NCBI GenBank assembly: GCA_945901215.1
Contig: CAMDKE010000001.1
Coordinates: 1-41,132, forward strand
Origin: Comamonas sp. lk
Lineage (GTDB): Bacteria; Pseudomonadota; Gammaproteobacteria; Burkholderiales; Burkholderiaceae_C
Reading direction: 5' to 3'
DNA: 41,132 nucleotides
The translations under genes were made by a program, and so were the position numbers. Below are positions 19,989 through 28,319 of this stretch, piece after piece. The notes beneath the pieces were generated by a model. It saw only the letters and a list, made by a program, of their open reading frames with translations. It was not told the origin of the DNA and ran no database searches. The stretch's first letter is position 1. Each line of letters starts with the position of its first letter.

Positions 19989-21662
19989 CTAATTGGCGTA
20001 ATAAACGAATGCGTCGCCCGGTGTGACGCGGTCTTTGAGTGTCTTGTCAATACTAAAGGGCCCCTCGGCCAGCGAAGGCCACAAGGGCTTGGCCTGGCGG
20101 GCATTAAAGGCCAGCAAGTCGGCCTTCATGGTGGCTAGGCGCGCGCTTTGTTGCTTGGCCAGGTCGGTCTTCTCTCCCGGGTCGCTGGCCAGGTTGTAGA
20201 GCACATCTTGCTTGGGGCGCTGCATGACTTGCAGCTTCCAGTCGCCTTCGCGCATGGCCAGGTAGGTGTCGGTGCGCCAGAAAATCTGGCGGTGCGGCGC
20301 GTCGGCGCGCGTGCCTTGCAAAAAGGGCAAGAGGTTCACCCCGTCAATGGGCCTGTCCGGAGGCGGCTTGGCACCGGCCGCAGCCAGCGCTGTGCTAAAG
20401 ATGTCCATGTGGCTGATGGGCTGGGTGTAGCTGGCGCCTTGGGGCATGCCTTTGGGCCAGCGCATGAAAAAGGGCACGCGGATGCCGCCCTCATAAAACG
20501 TGGCCTTCCAGCCCCGGTAGGGCTTGTTCAGGTCGGGCACGCCGATGTAGTTCGCGCCGCCGTTGTCGGTGGTGAAGATGACCAGTGTGTTGTCGTCCAT
20601 TCCCTGGTCTTTGAGGTGCTGCAGCACGCGCCCGATGTTGCGGTCCAGCGATCGGATCATGGCGGCATAGACGCGCGTGGTGTGGTCCGGGATGTGGTCC
20701 AGCGCGTCGTAGTCTTCGCGGGTGGCTTGCAATGGCGTATGCGGCGCGTTGTAGGCCAGGTACATAAAGAAAGGCTGCGCTCGGTTGGCGTCCATGGCCT
20801 TGATGGCCTCGTCGGTCAAATAGTCCGTCATGTAGCGCGCCGGCTTGAAGGGCTGGCCGTCATTAAAGCGGATGCCCCAGGGGTGTGCCGCCCACAAAAA
20901 TTTGTCGATCGGGTCGAAGTCCTGCTTGGAGTTCACCACGTTGGGGGCGTTTTCAGGCAAAAACATGGACGCGCCATGCATCAGGGAGAGCGACTCGTCA
21001 AAGCCATGCGCATAGGCGCGAAATTGCGGGCTGTCGCCCAAATGCCATTTGCCCACGTGCAGGGTGCGGTAGCCCGCGCCCTTGAGTGAGCGCGCCAGCG
21101 TCACCTCGGTAGTGGGCAAGCCCATGTCCTCATAGGGAATCAAGTCGGCCTCACGCTCTGCGTGGTAAATCATGGGTCGTGCATCGCCGCCCGGGTTGGC
21201 CGCGGTCAGCACCTTCATAAACTGCTTGGGCGTGGGTGTGAACTCAAAGCCAAAGCGCGTCGGATAGCGCCCGGTCATCATGGCCGCGCGCGAGGGCGCA
21301 CAGGTGGCGTTGCCAGAATAACCCGCCAGAAAATCCACGCCCTGGCGCGCAATGGCGTCGATGTTTGGCGTGGGCACGCTGCCCCCAGCCACGCCGCCGC
21401 CGTGCAGCGTGATGTCGTTAAAACCCAGATCATCGGCCACGATCAGCAGCACATGGGGTGGCCGTGCGCCCGACAGCGTGGCGCCCGGTGCAGGCACGCG
21501 CCACACCACCTCTTGCGTGGGGCCGAAGTCTTTGCGGACGACGTATTTGACAAATAGCAGCATGACGCCGGGGCGCCCGCCTACGGCCCAAAACCCCAGG
21601 CCTGCGAGCAGCAGCAGGATGAGCAGGCCTTTGGCGGCTAGCGCGATGCGGTGTTTAAGCAT
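19989..21662 (-). CDS. Sulfatase (Cys-type formylglycine), N-terminally membrane-anchored
   Basis: ADDLG, CAPSRAAMMTGRY, GKWHLG, APHTP, DNGG and YEGGIRVP motifs, with an N-terminal hydrophobic helix. Confidence 0.93.
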   Translation of the reverse strand: MLKHRIALAAKGLLILLLLAGLGFWAVGGRPGVMLLFVKYVVRKDFGPTQEVVWRVPAPGATLSGARPPHVLLIVADDLGFNDITLHGGGVAGGSVPTPNIDAIARQGVDFLAGYSGNATCAPSRAAMMTGRYPTRFGFEFTPTPKQFMKVLTAANPGGDARPMIYHAEREADLIPYEDMGLPTTEVTLARSLKGAGYRTLHVGKWHLGDSPQFRAYAHGFDESLSLMHGASMFLPENAPNVVNSKQDFDPIDKFLWAAHPWGIRFNDGQPFKPARYMTDYLTDEAIKAMDANRAQPFFMYLAYNAPHTPLQATREDYDALDHIPDHTTRVYAAMIRSLDRNIGRVLQHLKDQGMDDNTLVIFTTDNGGANYIGVPDLNKPYRGWKATFYEGGIRVPFFMRWPKGMPQGASYTQPISHMDIFSTALAAAGAKPPPDRPIDGVNLLPFLQGTRADAPHRQIFWRTDTYLAMREGDWKLQVMQRPKQDVLYNLASDPGEKTDLAKQQSARLATMKADLLAFNARQAKPLWPSLAEGPFSIDKTLKDRVTPGDAFVYYAN

Positions 21663-21735
21663 GGACGGGCCTCCAGGGCATTGGTGGTAAGGGCGAAGCG
21701 TCGGGCACGGGCAGTGTGTGGGTGCGGTGTCGCAT

Positions 21736-22158
21736 TTAGCGCGGCGCCAAAATCGCCATGGTGATGCGCGAGATGCAAGTCATGTCGCCTGCTTCGTCGC
21801 GCAACTCGATCTGCCACACATGGGTCGAGCGCCCCCGGTGCACGGGTCGCGCAGTACCGGTAACCCAGCCGCTGGTAACACCTTTGAGGTGGTTGGCATT
21901 GATGTCCAAACCCACGGCGCGGTAGCCCACCGGGGTGGAAAACGCGGCGCCGCAAGAGCCCAGGGTCTCCGCCAGCACCACCGACACGCCGCCGTGCAGC
22001 AAGCCGTAGGGTTGGCGTGTGCGTGCGTCCACCGGCACACGGCCGACGATGTAGTCGTCCCCCACCTCCACAAACTCAATTCCCAAATGGGTGTCGGCGG
22101 TGTTGGCCGTGCCTTGGGTGAGGATTTCTACGGAGACCGGCTTTTGCCAAATGCGCAC
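21736..22158 (-). CDS. Hotdog-fold thioesterase (PaaI/MenI-like)
   Basis: QPYGLLHGGVSVVLAETLGS and GLDINANH motifs. Confidence 0.92.
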   Translation of the reverse strand: MRIWQKPVSVEILTQGTANTADTHLGIEFVEVGDDYIVGRVPVDARTRQPYGLLHGGVSVVLAETLGSCGAAFSTPVGYRAVGLDINANHLKGVTSGWVTGTARPVHRGRSTHVWQIELRDEAGDMTCISRITMAILAPR

Positions 22159-22218
22159 GGCGCCATCCTTTGATCAAAAAGTGCCACTGTAGCCGCCCTT
22201 GACTGTGGTGGCAGTCGC

Positions 22219-23115
22219 TCAGGCGAAGTGGCGTGCCAGTTCGTCAATGTGCTGGGGCGAAATACCGCAGCAGCCGCCCACCAGGGTTGCACCCTGGTCT
22301 ACCCAGCGCTGCGCCCAGCCCACATAGGACAGCGGGTCGAGGTCGTCGCGGATGTCCAGAATCACCGCGTTGGCCGTGGCCTTTTTGGACTGCGCGGGAA
22401 AAGCATTGGCGTACACGCCGATGGCGATGTCCGATCCGGCCTGCGTCAGCGCCTGCTTGGCGGCCACCACGGCCGCCTCCATCACTTCGGGCTGGCTGCA
22501 GTTAAACAGCACGGCCTGGGCGCCGAGTGTCAGCGCCACGGCCACCGCTTGGCCGACCGGCTCGCCGGATCGCAGCACCGGCGTGTCGCCCTCGGGCTCG
22601 TCGTCTAAGGTGAAGGAGACCCACAGCGGCTTCGGGTTGCCATTCAACGCGGCATGCACCGCGCGGATTTCGGCAATGGAGCTTTGCGTCTCGGCCAGCC
22701 AGACGTCCACCGTGGCGTCCAGGCCCTCGATCAGTGCCTGGTGGATGCGCACCGAGGCCGCGTGCTCAAACAAATCAGGCCGGTAGGAGCCCAGCGCCGG
22801 GGGCAGCGAGCCTGCCACCGTCACCTTGTGGGGCGCGGCGTCGGCGCTGGCGCGGGCCAGTTCGCCTGAGAGGCGGGCCAGCGCCACGCCCTGGGCGTCA
22901 AAGCGCTCTTGCCCAATGTGAAACGGCACCACCGCGTAGCTGTTGGTGGTGATGAGCTGCGCCCCGCCTTGCACAAAGGCATCGTGCGCCTGGCGCACAA
23001 ACTGCGGCCCCTGCAGCAGCGCCAGCGCCGACCACTCGGGCTGCTGAAACGGCGCGCCCATGCGTTTGAGCTCGCGGCCCATGCCGCCGTCGAGGATGGT
23101 GATCTTGCTTGCCAT
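22219..23115 (-). CDS. Homocysteine S-methyltransferase family protein (MmuM-like)
   Basis: ILDGGMG start, Zn ligands NC and GGCCG, and GVYAN. Start taken at ATG 23115. Confidence 0.9.
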   Translation of the reverse strand: MASKITILDGGMGRELKRMGAPFQQPEWSALALLQGPQFVRQAHDAFVQGGAQLITTNSYAVVPFHIGQERFDAQGVALARLSGELARASADAAPHKVTVAGSLPPALGSYRPDLFEHAASVRIHQALIEGLDATVDVWLAETQSSIAEIRAVHAALNGNPKPLWVSFTLDDEPEGDTPVLRSGEPVGQAVAVALTLGAQAVLFNCSQPEVMEAAVVAAKQALTQAGSDIAIGVYANAFPAQSKKATANAVILDIRDDLDPLSYVGWAQRWVDQGATLVGGCCGISPQHIDELARHFA

Positions 23116-23232
23116 GTGCGGGGTCTCCAAAAAAACGGCGGGTTCTGGCGTGCGCAGGCGCCGTGCCGAACGGCTGCCCTTGCCTCCCGAGCCTAGCAGA
23201 CCCGAGCGCGCCGCCTGCTGGCCCCGCGTGCC

Positions 23233-24654
23233 TTACAACTCGTCCTGCATCCAGTACCACTTGTACAAAAAGAACTGCCCAAAACGGCGAAACGGCGCAA
23301 ACGCCTGCGAGCGCACCACATTGAACAGGTTGGGGTATTCCAGTGCCGAGTGGTAGATGGGCAGCTTGAACACGGCGTCATTTCCGTCCTTGCCCGCCAC
23401 CCGTTGCGCCAGGCGCTTGCCGGCCCAGGTAGAAAACGACACACCGTTGCCGCCATAGCCCAGTGCATGCCACACGGTTTGCGCCGGGTCGGGGCGGGTG
23501 ATGCGAGGCATCATGTCGTGGCTCACGTCCACCCAGCCCCACCAGGAGTGCTCGATTTCAATGCCGGCCAGTGGCGGAAACTTGCGCGCAATCGCATCGG
23601 TCAGCAGCTTCAAGTGGCCGGGGTCTTGCGCATCCGCCCCGCTAATTGAACTCCGGCTGCCCAGTTGCAGGCGCTTGTCGGGCAAGAGGCGGTAATAAAA
23701 GCGCAGCGTGCGCGTGTCGGTCAAAAAGGTTTGCGAGCGAAAGTTGGTGGCGGCCAGTTCAGCGGCCGTTAACACCCGCGTGGTCACCGAGTTGGACAGG
23801 ATCGGCAGTATCTTGTCCTTGAGCATGGGGTTCAGCGCCTGGCTGGTGTAACCACCGGTGCACACCGCCACACGCTTGGCCCGCACCACGCCGCCGGGGG
23901 TTTGCAGGTGGTGCACGCCGCCCACGGTTTGCCAGCCTTGCACCGGGCTGGCCGTGTGCACTTTTACGCCCAGCGCCCGCGCCTTGCGCATCAGGCCAAA
24001 GGTGAACTTGAGCGGGTGCACGCCCACGCCTTCGGGCTCCCACATGGCCGCATGGGCGTCGCGCTCGTCGCAATATTGTTCGCGCAACTCAGGCGCCGAC
24101 AGCATCTTGGCCTGGTAGCCAAAGATGTCGCGCCGCACCCGGGTTTGCTCTTCCAGGTAGGCCACTTTTTCCTTGCGATGCGCCACGTACAAATGGCCGC
24201 CGTCAAAAGCGTCGCAGTCGATCTCCCGGGTGAGCGCCTTGAAGTTCTCAAAGCCGGTGCGGATTTCGGTGTCCAGCGCTTTGGCCGTGTCCAAGCCCCA
24301 GCGCGCTATCCACTGCGAGCGCGTTAGCCGCCCGCTGGCGTTTTGGCCCTGGCCGCCGCTGCGACTCGAACACCCCCAGGCGGTCTGGTTGGCTTCCAGC
24401 ACCACGGCGCTGATGCCATGGTCTTGCGCCAGGTACAGCGCGGTAGACATGCCCGTCGAGCCCGAGCCGATGACCGCCACATCCACGTCCAAGTCGTGCG
24501 CCACCGGGCCGTCGTCCTCGGGCGGCGTGCCCGCACTGGCAACCCAGTAAGTGGGGGCGTAGTCGCGCCCCGCGCCGGGGTTGGCAGCTACCAGCGGATC
24601 GTATCGGGGGTCGTAGCGGGTGTCGCCACCCTGGGTGTGCAAGGCGGTAGGCAT
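23233..24654 (-). CDS. tauY: FAD-dependent amine dehydrogenase, taurine dehydrogenase large subunit-like
   Basis: YDPL..PG...YW..AG.PP.DDG N-terminus, GxGxxG, WGCSSRSGGQ, GRLTRSQWIARWG and GYGGNGV motifs resemble TauY as I recall it. It lies directly after a TauX-like gene and opposite a MocR regulator. Confidence 0.8.
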   Translation of the reverse strand: MPTALHTQGGDTRYDPRYDPLVAANPGAGRDYAPTYWVASAGTPPEDDGPVAHDLDVDVAVIGSGSTGMSTALYLAQDHGISAVVLEANQTAWGCSSRSGGQGQNASGRLTRSQWIARWGLDTAKALDTEIRTGFENFKALTREIDCDAFDGGHLYVAHRKEKVAYLEEQTRVRRDIFGYQAKMLSAPELREQYCDERDAHAAMWEPEGVGVHPLKFTFGLMRKARALGVKVHTASPVQGWQTVGGVHHLQTPGGVVRAKRVAVCTGGYTSQALNPMLKDKILPILSNSVTTRVLTAAELAATNFRSQTFLTDTRTLRFYYRLLPDKRLQLGSRSSISGADAQDPGHLKLLTDAIARKFPPLAGIEIEHSWWGWVDVSHDMMPRITRPDPAQTVWHALGYGGNGVSFSTWAGKRLAQRVAGKDGNDAVFKLPIYHSALEYPNLFNVVRSQAFAPFRRFGQFFLYKWYWMQDEL

Positions 24655-24668
24655 GGCGGCGCGCCCAA

Positions 24669-25064
24669 CTAGGTAAGGGCGGGCAAGTTGGGGCGGGCTT
24701 TGCGGAACGCGTTTTTCACCGCAATCTTGCCGTCCTTAAAGGTGAAGATGTCCACGCCATCGGTTTCCACGCGCGTGCCGTCGGCGGCGGTGCCGGTAAA
24801 CGTCCATTGCGAGACGCCAAAGTCGCCTTGCACAAAATGCACGCCCTTGCGCCACTGCGCGTCCGGCAAGGTGGCCCAGGCGCCAGCAAACGCCTTGGCA
24901 ACCGCCTCACGGCCGACGTGGCGGGCGCCACAGGCGTCCGGTCCGCCGGCGGTCATGAATACGCAGTCATCGCTCATGAAAGACATCAGGGCGTCCACAT
25001 CGTGGCGGTTCCAGGCGTCGCTAAAGGCGGCCAGGGTGGATTCGGTAACGGTGGCGGTGGTCAA
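24669..25064 (-). CDS. tauX: SnoaL/NTF2-like protein, taurine dehydrogenase small subunit-like
   Basis: AWNRHDVDALM, DCVF, SQWTFTGT and GVDIFTFKDGKI..KNAFRK motifs. TTG start at 25064 with GGAG RBS. Its stop is 14 nt upstream of tauY. Confidence 0.8.
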   Translation of the reverse strand: MTTATVTESTLAAFSDAWNRHDVDALMSFMSDDCVFMTAGGPDACGARHVGREAVAKAFAGAWATLPDAQWRKGVHFVQGDFGVSQWTFTGTAADGTRVETDGVDIFTFKDGKIAVKNAFRKARPNLPALT

Positions 25065-25126
25065 GGAGCGCTCCAGGTTGGTTGCAAACAAGCGTCGCAG
25101 GATAGGCCGCTTGGCACCATCAGGCT

Positions 25127-25203
25127 AGAGCCAGATGGGCAGATTCGGCCAAGCCAGCGGCAAGGCTGGCTTGGCCGCACTGGCTCTGCGTATACTGGTT
25201 TGG
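25127..25203. promoter_or_regulatory. Candidate TauR/MocR operator array in the divergent tauX-tauR region
   Basis: Five CTGG(C/T)T(C/T)-type boxes: minus strand at 25134 and 25157, plus strand at 25166, 25180 and 25196. They include a perfect 13-bp inverted repeat at 25146-25177. Confidence 0.5.
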
Positions 25204-25220
25204 CACCAGATTGCCCGACC

Positions 25221-26786
25221 ATGGCCCAGCTCCACCGCACCAAAGACGCCCAATGGGAAAGCCTGTTCGCTTTGCCCGACAAACCGGCGCTGCCGCTGCA
25301 GCAGCGCCTGCGCCTGTCCGTGGTGCAAGCCATTTTGGACGGGCGCCTGCCAGTAGGCGCGCTGCTGCCCTCGTCGCGCGAACTGGCCCAGGTGCTGGGG
25401 CTGAGCCGCAACACCGTCACCGCCGCCTACCAGCACCTGATGGACGACGGCTTTATCGAGTCGCGCCCGCGCAGCGGCGTATTTGTTACCAACCAGGCGC
25501 ACGCCGTGCCCGCCCGCCCCAGCGGTCGCCCCGATGCGACGCTGGCGCCAACGCCTGCCAGTGGCGCGGGTGTGCATGCGCAGCCCGACTGGTCGGCGCG
25601 CGTGCTGCGCTCGCTGTCGGACCAGCGCACCCTAGCCAAGCCCGACCAATGGCGGCGTTACGCCTACCCCTTTGTTTACGGCACCTACGATCCGCAGCTG
25701 TTTCCGTCCGAAGCTTTTCGCGAGTGCTGCGTACACAGCCTGGCGCGTGCCCACCTGCCGCACTGGACGCCCGACTTTGAGCTGGGCGACGTGCCGGAGC
25801 TCATCGAGCAAATCCGCCTGCGCCTGCTGCCCAAGCGCGGCGTGTTTGCCCTGCCCGAAGAAATCTTGATCACCGTCGGCGCCCAGCACGCCTATTACCT
25901 CCTGGCCGAAGGCCTGTTTGATGCCAGCCAACGCGTCGGCCTAGAGGAGCCCGGCCACCCGCACGCCCGCAACAGCTTCGCCCTGCGCCAGCCGAAGTGC
26001 GTGCCGCTGCCGGTGGACGTGCAGGGCTTGGTGGTGGACCGCTTGCCTGCGTTGGACTACGTGTTTGTCACTCCTTCGCACCAAAGCCCCACCACCGGCA
26101 CGCTAGGCCTGGAGCGCCGCCGACGGCTATTGCAGCAGGCAGAAAGCCAAAATTTTGTGGTGATTGAGGACGACTACGAGGCCGAAAACCTCTATGAGGG
26201 TGACCCCATGCCCGCGCTCAAAAGCCTGGACAAGGTGGGGCGCGTGATTTATGTGGGCTCGGTGTCCAAAAGCCTGTCGCCGTCCTTGCGGCTGGGCTAC
26301 ATCGTGGCGCCGCGTGCGCTGATCGCCGAGCTGCGCGGCCTGCGCCACGCCATGGTGCGCCACCCCAGCGCGTTTTTGCAGCACACCTTTGCACTGTTTT
26401 TGTCCTTGGGCCACCACGACGCCCATGCCCGCCGGGTCAACCAGGCCATGCAAGAGCGCATGGCCTTGGTGGCGCGCGCCTTGCGCAGCCACCTGCCGGA
26501 GTTTGAATTCACCCTGCCTTCGGGAGGCGCCTCGGTCTGGGTGCGGGCACCGGCCTGGGTGGATTCGGCCGAACTGGCCTTGATCGCCCGCAACCATGGC
26601 GTGCTGATCGAGGCCGGGGAGGTTTTCTTTATGCACCCGCCCTACCCGTGTTCGTACTTCCGGCTGCGCCTGTCATCGATTGCCGCTGAGCAAATCGCCC
26701 CCGGCATCAAAGCCCTGGGCCTGGCGGTGGACGAATTGGCCCGGGCGCGCGGTGCGCCGCGCCGGGTGAACTTGCGCCTGGCATGA
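25221..26786 (+). CDS. tauR: MocR/GabR-family PLP-dependent regulator, TauR-like
   Basis: GntR wHTH (LPSSRELA...SRNTVTAAY) plus an aminotransferase-like domain (TPSHQSPT, IEDDYE, GSVSK PLP lysine). Divergent from tauXY. Start at ATG 25221. Confidence 0.8.
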   Translation: MAQLHRTKDAQWESLFALPDKPALPLQQRLRLSVVQAILDGRLPVGALLPSSRELAQVLGLSRNTVTAAYQHLMDDGFIESRPRSGVFVTNQAHAVPARPSGRPDATLAPTPASGAGVHAQPDWSARVLRSLSDQRTLAKPDQWRRYAYPFVYGTYDPQLFPSEAFRECCVHSLARAHLPHWTPDFELGDVPELIEQIRLRLLPKRGVFALPEEILITVGAQHAYYLLAEGLFDASQRVGLEEPGHPHARNSFALRQPKCVPLPVDVQGLVVDRLPALDYVFVTPSHQSPTTGTLGLERRRRLLQQAESQNFVVIEDDYEAENLYEGDPMPALKSLDKVGRVIYVGSVSKSLSPSLRLGYIVAPRALIAELRGLRHAMVRHPSAFLQHTFALFLSLGHHDAHARRVNQAMQERMALVARALRSHLPEFEFTLPSGGASVWVRAPAWVDSAELALIARNHGVLIEAGEVFFMHPPYPCSYFRLRLSSIAAEQIAPGIKALGLAVDELARARGAPRRVNLRLA

Positions 26787-27247
26787 CACCAACGCACATT
26801 CGTACGGCCACCTTGGCCGACTTGGCGCCTATGGCGCAGTTGTTTGACGCCTACCGGCAGTTTTACCAATACCCAAGCGACCTGGCGCTGGCCAGCGCGT
26901 ACATCGCGCAGCGCATGCAAAAAGGTGAATCGGTGATCTTGCTGGCGTGTGATGACACAGGTGCAGCCTTGGGTTTTTGCCAGCTTTACCCCACGTTTTG
27001 CTCGCTGGAGGCCAAGCCCATTTACGCGCTGTACGACCTGTATGTGGCGCCAGCGGCCCGGGGCGCCGGCGTGGGCAACCAGCTTTTGCTGGCCGCAGAG
27101 CAAACCGCCCGCGACCACGGCATGTGCCGCCTGGACCTGACCACCGCCAAAACCAACACCCCCGCCCAAGCCGCCTACGAGGCGTTGGGCTGGGAGCGCG
27201 ATGAGGTGTATTTTGCGTACAGCAAAGCGGTCACCGTGCGCAACTAG
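26783..27247 (+). CDS. GNAT-family N-acetyltransferase
   Basis: DLYVAPAARGAGVG acetyl-CoA motif and N..AQ..YE.LG. ATGA overlap with the tauR stop. Confidence 0.9.
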   Translation: MTPTHIRTATLADLAPMAQLFDAYRQFYQYPSDLALASAYIAQRMQKGESVILLACDDTGAALGFCQLYPTFCSLEAKPIYALYDLYVAPAARGAGVGNQLLLAAEQTARDHGMCRLDLTTAKTNTPAQAAYEALGWERDEVYFAYSKAVTVRN

Positions 27248-27381
27248 CGTAAAGCATGGGCCCGTGCGCGCGGCATATTCCTGGATCCGGCGCAGGCCTA
27301 TCGCACCGCCAAGGGCGATTCATCATCAAACCCGATACAGTTCTTTGGCCCTGCCCAGCTTCAACCCCAGGAAAAACCACC

Positions 27382-27819
27382 ATGCCTATGATTCGCCTCA
27401 TGCTCGCTGCCTGCCTGCTTGCCAGCAGCCTTGCTTTTGCCGCCGACTCCAGCCCACCCACCCCGCGCGACACCGAGCTTGAAAAAGCCCAATCGGCCAT
27501 TGCCCGCAAAGACTGGGCTGTGGCCCTTGCCGTGCTTGAGCCCTATACCGCCACCAACCCGCGCAGCGCCGACGGTTTCAACCTGCTGGGCTACAGCCTG
27601 CGTAACCTTAAGAAGTACGACGAGTCCCTCGCGGCCTATAAACAGGCACTCACCCTGGACCCAAAACACAAAGGCGCACACGAATACATCGGCATCGCCT
27701 ACGTCCAGATGGGCCAGTTAGACAAAGCCAAAGAACACCTGGCCAGCCTAGACAAGATTTGCCCTTTTTCGTGCGAGGAATACCGGGATTTAAAGAAGGC
27801 GATTTCCCAGGCTAAATAA
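27382..27819 (+). CDS. Exported TPR-repeat protein
   Basis: Signal peptide ending AFA, TPR repeats (NLLGYSLR, HKGAHEYIG) and C-terminal CPFSCEEY. Start taken at ATG 27382. Confidence 0.8.
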   Translation: MPMIRLMLAACLLASSLAFAADSSPPTPRDTELEKAQSAIARKDWAVALAVLEPYTATNPRSADGFNLLGYSLRNLKKYDESLAAYKQALTLDPKHKGAHEYIGIAYVQMGQLDKAKEHLASLDKICPFSCEEYRDLKKAISQAK

Positions 27820-27899
27820 AAACGCCCGAGCAGGTCAAACAGGGCACCGGGGACGGCGCAGGCGGTCGGGGCCAAGCCTGCAGGCGCACCACCAGCAGG

Positions 27900-28292
27900 C
27901 TAAACGGCATCCAGTCGTCGCAGCGCCGTCACCTCAATTTCAATCTTCATCCTTGGGTCCAACAGCCCCGCACTCACCATGGTGGCCGCCGGGCGCGCTT
28001 GGCCCAGGTACTGGCGCATCACCGGCCAGCAGGGTTCAAAGTCGGCGGTGTGGGGCAGGATGTAGTTCACGCGCACCACATCGTCCAGGCTGGCCCCGGC
28101 TTGAGCCAGGGCGCTAGCAATGTTTTTGAAGCACTGCACCGCCTGTTCTTTCACATCGTCCGAGATGGCCATGGTGGCGTAGTCAAATCCGGTGGTGCCC
28201 GACACAAACACCCAGTCTCCCGCCACCACGGCGCGGGAATAGCCGATTTCAGTCTCAAAGCGCGAGCCGGAGCTGATGTGCTGGCGGTTCAT
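27900..28292 (-). CDS. RidA/YjgF family protein
   Basis: GYSRAV, VSGTTG, RPAATMV and KIEIEVTA motifs. Starts 27 nt after the ureohydrolase stop. Confidence 0.9.
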   Translation of the reverse strand: MNRQHISSGSRFETEIGYSRAVVAGDWVFVSGTTGFDYATMAISDDVKEQAVQCFKNIASALAQAGASLDDVVRVNYILPHTADFEPCWPVMRQYLGQARPAATMVSAGLLDPRMKIEIEVTALRRLDAV

Positions 28293-28319
28293 GGCGGGTC
28301 TTTCGACGTGTTCTAAGCT

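Noticed and set aside
24807-25220. N-terminal extension making TauR 659 aa
   Set aside because: It overlaps tauX on the opposite strand. The GntR domain begins after ATG 25221.
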